From NCBI GenBank assembly GCA_002269645.1, contig NIVC01000462.1, positions 525,516 through 589,515 of the forward strand: DNA of 64,000 nt, read 5' to 3'. This document shows positions 1 through 13,500 of the stretch, in pieces. The notes beneath the pieces were generated by a model. It did not search any database. It was not told where the DNA came from and saw only the letters and a program-made list of their open reading frames with translations. Positions within the stretch are counted from its first letter, which is position 1; each line of letters begins with the position of its first letter. The position numbers and the translations under genes were made by a program. This DNA is from Macrostomum lignano. Lineage: Eukaryota.

Positions 1-123
1 ATCCATGGTCAAAAATATTTTTAATCGACTATTTTGAGGCAGCTATTTTTTTTTCTCAAGACCTTATGAAATAGACAGCAGAAAAACGTGGCTCTAAAAC
101 TTGTTTATGAATATTTATTTCAG

Positions 124-362
124 ACCGTTACTACCTGGTTCAGAAGGACAACAGCCTCTTCGTCAAGACCGACAGCTCCAGGACCTCGTCCTGGCCGGCC
201 GCTGTCCAGTCTGACGCGGACTGCCTGCTCCAGTGCAGCGCCACAGCCGACTGCCAGGCCGCCGTTTTCTCCGAGCGGCTGCTCGCCTGCCACCTGCTGG
301 CGTTCGGCTACCCGCCAGCCAGCCTGACCGGACCCGACTGGACTCTCTACCAGCGCGGCTGA
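124..362 (+). CDS. G0: last exon (PAN/apple-like domain) of a WSC-PAN gene; exon 1 lies outside the window
   Basis: Acceptor tttcag at 118-123, phase 1. Reads (D)RYYLVQKDNSLFVKTDSSRTSSWPAAVQSDADCLLQCSATADCQAAVFSERLLACHLLAFGYPPASLTGPDWTLYQRG*, stop at 360-362. Same C-x3-C-x5-C-x11-C core as the other copies. This frame is missing from the ORF track. Confidence 0.85.
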
Positions 363-942
363 GAGCGAACGTGGCTTGAGCCTTGCGATAAGAGTGTGTT
401 GGCATGGAGAAGACGAATGATGAACTGTGAACAACTTGAGATTTTTTACTTTGGAAACATACTCGTACTCGTATTCGTATACGAGTACAATGTACTCGTA
501 GATTTCCAGCAGTTACAATACCCAAGATTACCTAAGACCCATCAAAGTAATAGTTAAGTCTTGATTAAAGTAAATCACTGATTCCTAATCAACCTATGCC
601 ACTACCCGCTGTTAAACAACCGATTTCAATATAAACGAAAGAAGCCAGGGCAACTCAATAAATTTTGCAAAACAGAATCTTTTCCACTGCATCTGAAGAT
701 GACCCGCCAGCGGTGTCGGTTCCGGTTCCGGTCCGCTCACCAGGTGACCAACAGAACGTCCTGAATAGAGGCTGGGGCATAGTTCTGGGCCCAGTTATCA
801 GCTGGGACACTTTCTCGACCAGTTAGAGTTGCCTATGACGCGAAAATCCGCTTGGATGGACCGGTGATACAGTTGCGTGTTGGTATTTTAGTCAATTCAA
901 CTTAACTTAGGAACAAACGCAAACCCTGAGCATCGGTTGCTC

Positions 943-1168
<226 letters not shown>

Positions 1169-1940
1169 ACGTTTCCTGAAAGTAATGCATAAGCTTTACA
1201 TGCTACTGAAAGTAGAGCACTGTCATATTGCTATAGTAAGTAAGAAAAATTAATCAGCTATAAAGATTGCATCATTCAGGTTCAAATACAGTAGAACAGA
1301 AGTCAGACCAAGCCATTGACGAACTTTCACTGTCACTTTCACTTTCTCCATTGAATGCTTTCCTTTATTATTCTGGTTTCCACAAGTTAAGCATTTTTGG
1401 GGTTGAACCTATCGTACAAATCGTACAACTTTCCCAGAAGGGCCTGTGCAGGTTTCCAAACTTCAATACATTTTTTCTTCCTAAGATTTTACTTTGATAA
1501 ACTTGCAAATCAGAAAGTGAAATTAAAAAGAAATGCATCTAGTAAACGTCTAACGATACTGTGAGTTTAGCGTCCTTATCTTGTATGGTTTAGTAGTTCT
1601 TGGTCAGCTCTTGACTTCGCTTGCGTGTTGTAGCCTATTGCTTTGAGCGTCGCAGACTCACGACTAAAAGGAGTCTCGACCAATTGGAAACAATTTTTGC
1701 CCTTCAGCAAGACAACTTAACTCTGTATAGCTTCAGTTCCCCAGCTGTAAAATGGGTGCTAGCATTAGCTGGGGTAATTGAGGGTGTGTGGCGAACTCCT
1801 AATTCTTGGACTGAACAGCCGTACGCAGCCTTCAGATGCCAAGCCTTCAGAGACTTTGATGCTAAAGCTCATAGGGATTGCTGATATCATAGACTACATA
1901 CTCGTAGCTGGCTTTCAGGGCTGATACTTTGCTTTATATA

Positions 1941-2437
1941 CTCAGCAACAGTCAAAAGTTCCACCCTCCAAGCGAGATGAAAATTTTCTCACCTATTACG
2001 ACAACTCCTCACTCACAGTTCAACACTCCCAGTTACGCTCGTATGTAACTAAGCCGCTGCGAGGAAAGTAAACTTGATTTAATCAATAATAAACGTCATT
2101 CGCACAAAATCATAACAGTTTTTTATGCAATAATCAGTTAGAATCGCGATGCTTAATAAGGCATGTGGGATCCCCCTCGCACGCAGAAGTGCGGCGACTC
2201 TGCAGGGCATCCCCGGGATGAGGCGGCGCAGAAAGTCCTGGGGAAGCTGCTGCCAAGTGTTTTCAAGGGCGTGACACAGCTCCACAACATTCTGTGGTGT
2301 AGTGGATCCTCTTTTCGAACGCAGCGTTTTAGAAAGTCCCAGACATGCTCTGTGCGCGTGCGTAGTAAGTTGCGTCACTCGCAATAAGTGAAAAAATTCA
2401 TCTCGCGTGGAGGGTGGAACTTTTGACTGTTGCTGAG
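1941..2437 (-). mobile_element. Internally deleted Tc1/mariner element
   Basis: About 60-bp imperfect TIRs (CTCAGCAACAGTCAAAAGTTCCACCCTCC at 1941, reverse complement ending 2437). TA on the left flank, TG on the right. The minus strand encodes PQNVVELCHALENTWQQLPQDFLRRLIPGMPCRVAALLRARG, resembling the Tc1 transposase C-terminus. Confidence 0.8.
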
Positions 2438-4134
2438 TGTTCATCATTTTTCTCAGGATACTAGCAATAGCAACTGTACATGGCTGTACAACTTGCATTT
2501 AGTTAATTAAAAATTGTTTTTTTTGTTGCCTCCCAACGAGGGGAGGGCACAAATGGGAGGCTACACGGGGGGGGGCGTTCCTCAGTGGCTCATGTGCCAG
2601 TCGCCCAGGCTCGATTCCAAATGCAGTCACATTAAGTTGGGGCTAAATTGGAATCTGGGCTTGGCTCTGCTCGTGTAATTAACGCCTTTGAGGACCAACC
2701 CCCAAGGCACAGTGAAGTGTACATGCCTAACGACGAAGAAAGTCCTGTGTGAGAGCATGTGTGCTTGTGCGTATGACTGCGTACGTATCCGCGCGCTTGT
2801 GTGCCTGCTTAGGGGAGTCGGCGGAATGGGCAGTTATGCCTCTCGCCGGTAGTGTGACAATGTCACTTAAAGTGCGCCAGGGTGCACACAGCCTTGTCTC
2901 GTAATAAAAAATAATCAGAGAAAACTGATGGAGGTAGCTTTAATCCGTCCAACCCTCACGCACCGCTCCCCCCACTTCATTCCTCAGCTCATGTCTGCCG
3001 CGACGTAGCTAAGTTGCGTCATTCGCAAAGATGGAGAGATTTTTTTACCTGCTCTCTCAAAAGGGGCGACCACAGACGGAGGGATCGTACTATAAAGCTG
3101 TCGTAGCGTAAGTTCGATCGTACATCGGACTTTTGCACTGCGGAGATAGGAGCTAAGAACGATCTTATCTTGCGATGGCTTCATAGAACGGGCCCGGAAT
3201 CTTCTGTGATGGCGACTTTTCGATGTTGCTGAGTATATAGTTGCCTTTTCTGAATTGGAAAATGGAGAATTTCCTGCAAAGCTTCGCTTTTGTGAAATAA
3301 TATCACACCATTGCCATAAGTGTGCAGTGGTTTCTCAAATTTCAACAGTTCATTTTACTTCCTTGAGAAAAGTATACCCAATACGAGCTATTAATTTTTG
3401 TATTCTCCATCAGTCTCTAAATTTACTTAATAGAACCGGATCTGTATACTACAGTAGACACCCACGCAACTTTATCATCCAGAAATGTAGAGAGAGAATT
3501 GTGCAAATACCGTTAGATTCATGTGTTCCCATTCTACTGTAAACCTAGGTCGGGCTTCATTATTTGAGTTAAATTCAGATCCGGTTGTGAAACTCAAATA
3601 AGAAATCAACATACAGCAGCGACGTTACTTGTGCGAGAGTTTGCATTCTGCCATCATCGGGTTTGGTGCGATATGTAAACATTTATCTCGGCAACTGCAA
3701 ACTCTGATATTTAACACCGATTCAGTCGGGGCTAAAAAGTTTTCCCAGCGAGTTAAATTTTTATTGAACTCTACAGAATGAAGGATTTGTCTTTTATCAA
3801 AATTAAAACTAGTTTGCTGCTTAATCGTCTGAACGGCACTGGGGCTCTGCAAAATGCTTTTGTGACATAGTGACACGATGAACTTTGCTATAGGTTGCAT
3901 GCACTGAAGTGTTGACTCACTAGCAGTGGAGATGGTTATTAACCGCCTTAGAGATTGTATGGTATTCAACCCCCACCCCATGCGCACGCGATTGAATCTG
4001 TCTGCACCCACCACCTCATTGCTAACTAATAAATGTTGTCAGCCTAGCTCTCAAGCGAGCACCCTTTTTTTCACTCCTGCAATTCCACACTTCTGCCTCG
4101 CTTAACAAAGTTATCACAGCTTTGACTCATGGTG

Positions 4135-4220
4135 GGAATAGCTGAGATGTCAAGGCTCACGGGGGACATTGCTGAAATGCTGTGGCTCATTTGGACGAGT
4201 TGCTGAGATGCCAAGGCCGG
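4135..4220 (+). repeat. Remnant of the Helitron-family internal sub-repeat
   Basis: GGAATAGCTGAGATGTCAAGGCTCACGGGGG matches about 37210-37240 inside Helitron-like element H1. Confidence 0.55.
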
Positions 4221-4802
4221 GTTAATTGGGAGTTTTAATAGGCCAAGCAGGGTGAAACCATGACTTAAAAAGGGAGACTTTGATACGACAGCTCAGCAGG
4301 GGGTGATGCCTTTTTGTTTAAAACATCCTTTTCCTTAAGATATCCTTTCCCAATAAGATTCCCTACAATGGCGACACTACAAGGTCAAATCTGCATGTAG
4401 CAATTATCAGTTTCAGGCTGGACTACAAATAGTCTATGGTTCAAAGGCTCGACTACAGCTGATTTTTGTCTATGATAAATTCACCAATATGACGACTCTT
4501 TGTGTTGTTTTATCCATCGGGTTTATCCAAGTTTGTCAGTTTTATTTTGAACGTAAGAAAAACCTCGAAATTAACAAAACTTGCTTTGAACCCTGTCACG
4601 AGGGTATTTTTTTAAGGTTACTTGTGTGCTGCGGGTAGTTTGAAGTGGAAAACTTCTAAAAAGAAAATTATTTTTTGATCAAAAGCATCTTGTTTCAAGC
4701 CAATTTAAAAACAACTATCTTCCCTTTCATCTGAAAAATTAGTAAGAAGATTTTTGGCTTCTTTATCACATCAGATCGATCAGTGGCCAGGATGGAAGTC
4801 AG

Positions 4803-5510
4803 TCAGCCACGCAGGAAGTAGTCTCCATCGGTGCTGCTCAGACTGGCAGGCGGGTAGGCGAACCTCAGCAGGTGGCACAGGCGCTGCTGGCCAGAGAAAA
4901 TCACAGCCTGGCAGGCAGCTGAGGCCTCGCACAGCATCAAACACTCGGCCTTGATTTTGGCAGCGCTGGTCCAGTAGGTGCTCTGGGTGGACTCCACCGT
5001 CTGGTCGGGCATCTGCGACTGCTCAAAATACTTTCTATCTACAAAAATAGAAGACTTGCTTTTACAAAATTGGCTTTCACAAAAATGTTTTTTAAAAAAT
5101 TTGAATAAGGACACACCTGGGTAGGTCAAAGAAAACACGGAACTGCGCCACGGACCCCCACATTTAGAAGCTCCGTTCTTCGCGCAGCCGCGGTTGCAGT
5201 CGGTCTCGCTAGCAGCCCCCAGAGATCCGTAGGAGCTGCCACAGGAGCAAAACAGACCGAACTGCACCCCGAAGTACGGGAAGCCGCCGAGAGAGCAGAC
5301 GCTGCTGCAGAGCTCATACGTCATACTGGCGCTTCTCACCCCAAGACTGTCCGTGCTAAACTGTCAAATTCTGCTCACTCCAGTGAGTCCTCTCAGGTCT
5401 CTGCCTCCAATGTCCACAAAGCAGCCAATGTAGGACATCTGAGTTACTCTACCGGTGGCACAAAGCACCGTGACAGCGAGACCCACAATGCAGGCAAAAG
5501 TCTTGAGCAT
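4803..5510 (-). pseudogene. G1: WSC-PAN gene with a premature TGA; exons 5510-5117 and 5038-4803
   Basis: MLKTFACIVGLAVTVLCATGRVTQMSYIGCF...VSRI*QFS: TGA at 5366-5364 where paralogs have GGA/GGT (Gly). The rest is open and ends YFLRG*. GT-AG phase-1 intron at 5116-5039. Confidence 0.8.
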
Positions 5511-6889
5511 AGTTACTTGAGTAGTTGGGATTTCAGTTTTCCAGGTCCAACGAAGAGCAGTAAAAAATAAAAGCCATGTTTGTCTGCTTTTATAGCAGTT
5601 TTTAGAGACAATCTGGTTGGATAAAAGCCAGTAAACTAATGAGCTCAATGTACTAGCTACAGTAGCATATCTACATAGATATTAAGAGTAACTTTTTTAA
5701 CTTCACGCGATGAGATTCTCTGAGCAGCCAGCTGTTTCACCGCCATATTTCCATGTCATCAGGTTTAGGCAGCGCTTTTTGATGCTTGCAAGTAAAATGC
5801 AATTATTTGTCTCTTTTGTGCTTTGTCCAAATGATCTATTAAAGAAACCAACTCCTATTTTAGATAGTTAAAAAAAATTTGCGTTGCCGTTTCTGACACG
5901 TAGAGTTTGCAGATTCACGGCATCTCTTGCTCTGCCTCTCCCGCCCTTTGCTTGAAGCACACAACTACGTAGGACGCAGAAACTGCAGGGTTTTCAGAAT
6001 TCTGACGCAAAAAACGCAAATTATACTACTATCTGAAAATGAAGTAAGTAGTATACAAAAACGCTATCCTAAGCGTGATGTGGCAATATGTAGTTGTAAT
6101 AATCCATGTGCTCATATATGTACATTAATTCCATGTACATTAATCCCTAAATATCTCAAATTGGATATGTACATTAATTCCATGTACATTAATCCATATC
6201 CCAAATTGTCTATCCCCAATTCTATATGTACATGTGCATTAATCTACAGTGTCATCCCCAGCTACATGTACACAGAGGTGAGAATTACTAATCTCATCTA
6301 CTACCAAATGAGTCAACTAATTGTATAGCTCACATCGTAATGTATATTTCCAATGTACATTTCTCAGACAGATTTGAATAATACGGGTCGGAGTCTATAT
6401 GTACATCGATAGCCTCTATACTCGTATCCGCTACATACCCCAAAAATTAGGTATGTACATTTTCACCCTCGGAGAATGTAGGTTTGAATATGCTGATAAT
6501 TTATTCGAAATCACTTATAAAATACACATACTTTCATATAGAGGCGGGCCTGTACAAACTCTCGCCAAGCGATGGGGTGGAGGTTGCGTCATCCAAGCCT
6601 CTCCCAAGTCTGCCCCCCCCCAAATACAAGACTGTGTTGAAGCAGTGCTTTATATTTCTATTGACAGTGAGTATGATACAAGACGCTTCGTCGCGCTTTA
6701 ATTACAGTAAACCATCCCCTCGAAGCTCCTATACTGAATGCTGAATCACCCTTTAACTCTGACCATAGTCAAATTCAACCCTGTTCGAAAACAGCCACCC
6801 CTCCGATGTTCACCAGACACAGCGCAGACCCCATAACAAATCGAGCTAAATTTTAACACTCGCCCCTGTTCTCTCTGTCCCCCCTTCTA

Positions 6890-9800
6890 AATGCCAAGGA
6901 ATTTCGACCCTCTCTCCATTTTCAGTGTACAGACAGATCTTTCCACAGCACAGACCCTATATTAAACTTCAAAACCCCTCTCTTCTCCGATTACGTCATC
7001 CATGCCGCCCCAGTTAGCAAGAAACCAACTTTTAATGCACACATCAACCCCCGCGAGCAAATCCGAGTCCGCCAACCTCTACCTGCATTGACAAACCCCA
7101 GCTGCATTTGTAAATGTACACAGCCTATGAATCAGTGTCTCCACCGCATGCAATTCTGATTTACTTGATTCTAAACTTTGTAAATTGTATAAGTCACCCT
7201 TGCGTTATACTAGAAGTAGTGAAGTCCACATATTTAAATACGTGAGGCTATTCAATTCTGCCTCTCCGCCTCCCCTACCTTCTCACTTCAAGCTTTCAGA
7301 CTTGGTCTTTGAGACGGTCGGTTTAATCTGTTAGAAGCAGGAATGAATCATGCACTGACCTCTCCATACAAAGTAAAGTTGGAATTTCAGACAAGAAATT
7401 TGGTTATTTTAAAAGCTAAATGACTAGAAATGCACATTTTTTTCATTAAAATGCAGCTTTTTACAGTTTTTTTACGATTTTAACCTTAAAATGCAGACTT
7501 TGTTGATCAAAATCAGTAGTTTCATCACTAGAAACCATACTTTCAGCAGCTAATTTGTCCAAATATCGCTTTCAACTTGACCTTAGACTGCTTTTAAGCA
7601 GGAATGAACCCCCCACAAACATCCACAAGCCAGCCCAAAATCATCCAAAGACATGGCTATTGAAGCCTAAATTGCTAGAAATGCGCATTTTTTTCATAAG
7701 AAAATACAAATTTTCACAGTTTTTATGCATTTTTACGTTAAAATGCAGACTTTATTGATCAAAATCAGTAGTTTCATCACTAGAAACCATACTTTCAGCA
7801 ACTAATTTGTCCAAATATCGCTTTCAACTTGACCTTAGACAGCTTTTAAGCAGGAATGAACCCCCACAAACATCCACAAGCCAGCCCAAAATCATCCAAA
7901 GACATGGCTATTGAAGCTTAAATTGCTAGAAATGAGCATTTTTTTCATAAGAAAATACAAATTTTCACAGTTTTTATGCATTTTTACGTTAAAATGCAGA
8001 CTTTATTGATCAAAATCAGTAGTTTCATCACTAGAAACCATACTTTCAGCAACTAATTTGTCCAAATATCGCTTTCAATTTGACCTTAGACAGCTTTTAA
8101 GCAGGAATGAACCCCCCACAAACATCCACAAGCCACCCCAGAATCAACCAAAGACATGGCTATTGAAGCTTAAATTGCTAGAAATGAGCATTTTTTCATA
8201 AGAAAACACAAATTTTCACAGTTTTTACGCATTTTTTTCGTTAAAATGCAGACTTTATTGATCAAAATCAGTAGTTTCATCACTAAAAACCACAATTTTA
8301 ACACAAAATTATCACAAATGCTACTTCTGGAACTCTGAGACAGCTTTGAGCAGGAATTATAATCGCACACGGATTACCCGAGCCAGTCCAATATTCCACT
8401 GAAGCCAGGGTTTTTTAAAGCTGAATTGTTAGAATTGCTCATTCTTTCGTTTAATAAATGACAATTTTCACAGTTTTATTATTTTCTAACGTTAAAATGC
8501 GAAATGTATTGGTCAAACTTAGTAGTTTCATCCCAAAAGCCATAATTTCAACCGCTAATTTGTCCAAATGCTGATTTCAAAGTTGGCAAGAGACAGCTTT
8601 CGAGCAGGAATGAGTTACACACTGATCTCCATATGCACACCCCGGCCCAAGTTGGAATTCCACCCAAGACATTTTCATTGAAAGCTAAATTACTAGAAAT
8701 TGCACATTTTCGTTTTAAAAAGGTCAATTTTCACAGTTTTTACTCTTTTTAACGTTAAAATGCTGACTTTATTGAACAAAATTAATCACTTCATCAGCAG
8801 AAACCATAATTTTTACAACTTAATGCTGTTTCATCATTCAAATGTATGTATTTGGTACGTGTAATACCCCTCATGAAGTCAGGGAAGGGATTATTCTTGA
8901 ATATTGGGTTAAAACGTACAGTTTGCTATAAACCTAGCTATAATAATTTTAACATATACAGTCGGCGAAGCGGCCCGTTGATTTCGATTGACATTTAAAC
9001 TGTCCCTCCCAGACCTCTCTCTCTCTCCTTCTGCACCCACCGAGAAAAGTGACTCATGCGGCAATCAGCTGGACAGGTTTTATTACTGAATTGGCAAAAC
9101 AGCCAACACCCAATGGTCATATTAGACTCGTCTTCACAGCACAGACCCATGTAGAACAGAACCACTCGTCCCTGTCTCTCTGACCTTACCATTTCTAACT
9201 GTCAAGGAATTCCGACCCTCCCTCTCCAATTTCAGTGTACAAACAGATATTTTCACAGCACAGACTCATATATTGAGCCTCCTCCAACCAAAACCCTATC
9301 TTGATTACGTCATCCACCTCCCCCATAGAAGCAGTTAGCAAGAAACAAAATTTTTCGATGCACATATGAACACTGTGAACCATGCAAAATCGCACATCTA
9401 CGGGTCGATTTTGATTGACAATTTAATACCTTTTGTTGATGCTGCTGTGTACAGTAGTCTTATTTCCGAAGCTCCTAGCAGTCATCTTATAGATGTGGTG
9501 AATCAGTGTTGTTTTTGCCAACTTTACATCTTGATTCATCCTCCAAATTCTTCAACTCTGACCATATTCAATAATTTAACCCATGCAAGTAGATTTGCCA
9601 ATTCGCCAAATTAGCCAATACGAATGGGGCCAGAGGACCCACCCAAATCGAGCCCTTGTCTCTCTCAGGCCTCTCTCTCCTACACATACCCCAGAAAAGT
9701 GACTCATGAGGCAATCAGTTTAACAGGTTCAGTATACTGAATTGGCAAAACAGCAAACACCCAATGGTCAATGGACTCGTCTTCGCAGCACAGACCATTT

Positions 9801-10140
9801 TGAATAAAGCCAAAACACACATACACCCCTATTCTCTGACCAAACCTTTCCATTTCTAGTTGTCAACGAAATTCGACCGGCCTCTCTCTCAATCCCAATG
9901 TACATTTTGACGAAGCAAGCAGATCTTTTCACAGCACGGACCCAGCCTCCCCCAACCAAAGCCCTATCTCTGATTACGTCATCTATACATCCCCATAGAA
10001 GCAGTTAGCAAGAAAAAAATTTCGATGCACATATATGAACAATGCGAACCAAGCAAATCCGTGCGTCTACCAAAGCCAACCCTACCCTGCGTGCTGTAAT
10101 TGCATTTGTCAATGTACACACCCTATGAATCAGTGTCTCC
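6890..10140. repeat. Three degenerate dispersed copies of an unidentified module (about 6890-7150, 9010-9370, 9660-10140)
   Basis: Shared blocks such as CAAGGAATT.CGACC..CTCTCC.ATTT.CAGTGTACA..CAGAT.TT..CACAGCACAGAC and GATTACGTCATC...CAGTTAGCAAGAAA. The two right copies also share GAAAAGTGACTCATG.GGCAATCAG. Confidence 0.65.
7330..8830. repeat. About 250-bp tandem repeat, about 6 units
   Basis: AAATGCAGACTTT.TTGATCAAAATCAGTAG recurs near 7490, 7741, 7992 and 8245, with diverged units near 8497 and 8757. Confidence 0.9.
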
Positions 10141-10334
10141 TTCTTTGGAACACACGAAGGCATTAGTCAGAAAGTTTGGATGCAATTAAAAACTCTCTCG
10201 ATGCTTTGCGTATAAACGAGTAATCGATTGAATCAATTGTACACTTGACACATTTAATTACGTGCTGCCATGCAACGGAAAGACAGGATAATGGGGTGGG
10301 TGGTCACGCAGCCTCATTCTCTCTTTCCTACTGA

Positions 10335-10579
10335 TTTTTCATTATCTATCAATCTCAGCTCTTTCCGGGGCAACTCGCGCATGTGTGCATAGTTCCTCAT
10401 CAGATTTATCACATGTTCATTTACATGTGATGTACATATGCAAGCGGTAGCCGATTTAAACCTGAGAAATGGTTGAAGCACTCCCCCGACTTAATGAACA
10501 TGTGATAAATCTGATGAGGAACTATGCACACATGCGCGAGTTGCCCCGGAAAGAGCTGAGATTGATAGATAATGAAAAA
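10335..10579. mobile_element. MITE-like foldback element with about 87-bp perfect inverted repeats and a 71-bp spacer
   Basis: 10335-10421 is the reverse complement of 10493-10579. No TSD seen. Confidence 0.8.
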
Positions 10580-13500
10580 CCCCGGGATTATAAGCAACTG
10601 GACTGGAAGGAGAGATAATTTTATTTTCCACCCTATACCACAGGGGGGCACTGCTTCTCCCTTCTGTCCCCCAGTTGGGGCTTGGGGTGTTTGTTCCACG
10701 AGGGAAAGAAAGCTTTCGTTGTACACTAAAAAGCTCTCTCTACAATGTACATTCCAATTCGTCCCTGTTCGTATTTCGGCCGGGGTTGTGGCCTATAGTG
10801 GACTACAAGAATCGCTGCACTGTACAGCATGTCCTAAAAACGATCTCTCCTTGTTTTTGCTAACTAGCACTTATAATTGTCTGAGACTCTGAGAGTAAAG
10901 ACCACTAATGGTGAAGGCTTGCTCAGCGTACGGATGCTCAAATCGAGCAAATGGAACTGTCGCAGGAGTCAGCTTCCATAGTTTTCCATGGAAGGACCCC
11001 GCCCTTCTGGAAAAGTGGAAGCGAGCGAACCCAAGGCAGGAGTTTGAGCCAACAAAAAACTCAAGGATTTGCTCCAGACATTTTCATCCGGACGACTTCG
11101 TTGAAAGTTCCATGGATACAAACGTCGCACGTAAGAAGAGCAAGGAGCAACTACTAAGACGCCTTTTGAAACAAGGGGCTGTGCCGTCCATCTTTCCCAA
11201 CGCTCCATCCTACCTGTCCTCTGAAAAAAAGCCGCAGAGATCAACAGCGGCGACTTCTTCTGAACGTCTGGAGCGGGAACTCAGTGCCCTGCAAAGCAGC
11301 ATCGACACCTTTCAGGAAGCCGACTCAATTGCTGATTGCAGCCTACACGACGTGCGCTCCAGACTTGATCAGGAGGAGAGTAAGCCAGCAGGTTTTCAAT
11401 TCTCTCTGTGTGACGGCAAGCTGTGCATTTACATGCTTGAGATCGAGCCCAATTTTCATGTTGCGTGCTATATTTGCTTGGCTGAAGACCTCACCGTCAC
11501 ATGTGGATTCCGTGGATTGCCTCTGAAGATGAATAGGTTTGTCGATCTGTTGACTAATGGCAAGGTCTCGACCCTTAGCCAGCTTGTTAACATCATGTCG
11601 AGAATCAAGATTTTGAAGGAGGATACGGCCGAGTCTGACGATAAAGTTTCGCATCTGCTGGATATGGCTGAAGACCTGTTAGAAGAGGTGGAAGAGCTGG
11701 CAGATAACCGAACAGTGAGCTTTGCTTTGGAGCAATTGAAGCTGAGTAGGAAGCCAGCCTCTGCTCGCAGGTACTCGCAGGAGCTTCTCGTTTTTTCGTA
11801 TTTAATTTACTCAATCAGTGCCGCTGCATACAAGACCATGCTGGAGCAGGAGGCACTTTGTCTGCCATCTGATCGCACTTTGAGGTCCATCACAGCTAGA
11901 GTTGGTTCTAAGGTAGGTCTGGACAACGAAGGCTATCTTAAACTTCGGGCATCTAAGCTTGAACAAGTTGAGAAAGTTGTCGTCCTTGCGATCGATGAGA
12001 TCTACATTGCCAATCGGGTTGAGTACAACAATGGTCAGTTGAATGGACTGGATGCAGATGGAGCTACAGCAAAGACACTCTGCTGCTTCATGATCCGCTC
12101 TGTAGCGAGTCAATACAAGGACATGATTGCGATGCATGCCGTTGCAACATTAACTGCGAAGAAACTTACAGAATTGTTTCACCAGGCGATGAGTGTCTTA
12201 AGAAAGTTGAATTTCACCGTTTGTGCAGTGTGCGTTGATAATGCCGCAGTGAACCGCAAGTTTGTCAGAGGCCTGTGCGGCAACAACTTCAACCCTTGCT
12301 TCATGGATGAAGTAACTGGACAGCCTGTTTTTGTGCTGTTCGATCCAGTGCACAATTTGAAGAACATTTACAATAACTTTCAAATCCGAGGAGAATTTCG
12401 GTTTCCTGCCTTTCCAATTCGGCCTCAAGTGTCTGAGGCTCACTTTGGACACATTGTTCGGCTCTACGAGCTGGAAGCAACCAAGCCATTGAAGCTAGCG
12501 CACAAGCTCAGCCCTGCCGTGCTTAATCCAAAGAGCATTGAGAAAACTTCGGTGAAGCTGGCAGCGGCGGTCTTCGATGAGAGCACTCTAAATGCGCTGC
12601 GGTACTACACAGAGCACGAAGGCAAGATCTGGCAGGCCACTGCAGATTTCATCAGCCTTGTGCTGAAGCTCTGGCATATTTTGAACGTCAGGACTCCATT
12701 CAAAGGGACAGCGAAACGTGACATCAGCCAGGATCCTGTGCGCTCTTCGCTTGACTGGAAGCTGCAATTTCTTCTGGAGTTTGCCGAATTTCTAGAGGTA
12801 AGGCTTTTCATTGCATTTTTTATGTTGACTTGAAGGCCGCAGTACTCAATAATATTTATAGCTCCATGTTTCATATTGCAGAGCTGGGAGAAGTCTGGGT
12901 ATCCTGGCTTGTCTAAAGAAACGTTCCTTGCTTGTCGAGTGACTTGTCGTGCTCTGGCCGCCTGCGCAGCTCATCTTCTGGATCATGAAGGATTTTCATT
13001 TGTTCTCCTTGGAGCACTGCAGTCTGACTGCATCGAAAGTCGATTTGGATGGCTGCGTCAGATGTCAGGAGCCAATTTTTACATTTCCGCTCGTCAGGTC
13101 AAGGAGAACAGCAGGAAGATCGCCGCTGTAAGTCTGCTGAAATATTCTGAATTCTCACTTAAGGAGATTGACGCTGCAATCGATAAGCCTGACGACAGCA
13201 GCAGCTCTGTTCAGGAGTGTGTCAACAACTTGGCCGTAAAGCTAGACATGGATTGCGAGCCAGCTCCTGCTGATCAGACGGTAATTTATTACGTCATTGC
13301 CGCTGTTGCCCGAACTCTGGTGAAAAACCGAAGGTGTGATTCGTGCAGAGAACTGCTGTTAGAGGAAGATGCTGCCGCGCAGTTGGATGTTGACTGGGTT
13401 CCAGCACAGGCCTCCTCCTTCATTGACCAGATCAACCGAGGTGGTCTCTGCCAGCCAACTGAGTTTGCTTTTGCTTTGGGCACTCATTGCTGGAAAATTT

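Noticed and set aside
88-327. ORF-track proteins overlapping WSC-PAN exons in other frames or on the opposite strand
   Set aside because: They are shadows of GC-rich exons; the spliced frame with the conserved Cys pattern explains the sequence.
685-800. Penelope-type hammerhead ribozyme (CTGAAGA followed by a GAC-CCGC/GCGG-GTC stem)
   Set aside because: The required GAAA after stem II is absent. At best it is a degenerate relic.
5364-5366. In-frame TGA in G1 as selenocysteine or programmed readthrough
   Set aside because: It replaces a Gly codon by a single G>T change rather than a Cys codon, occurs in one paralog only, and I saw no convincing SECIS.
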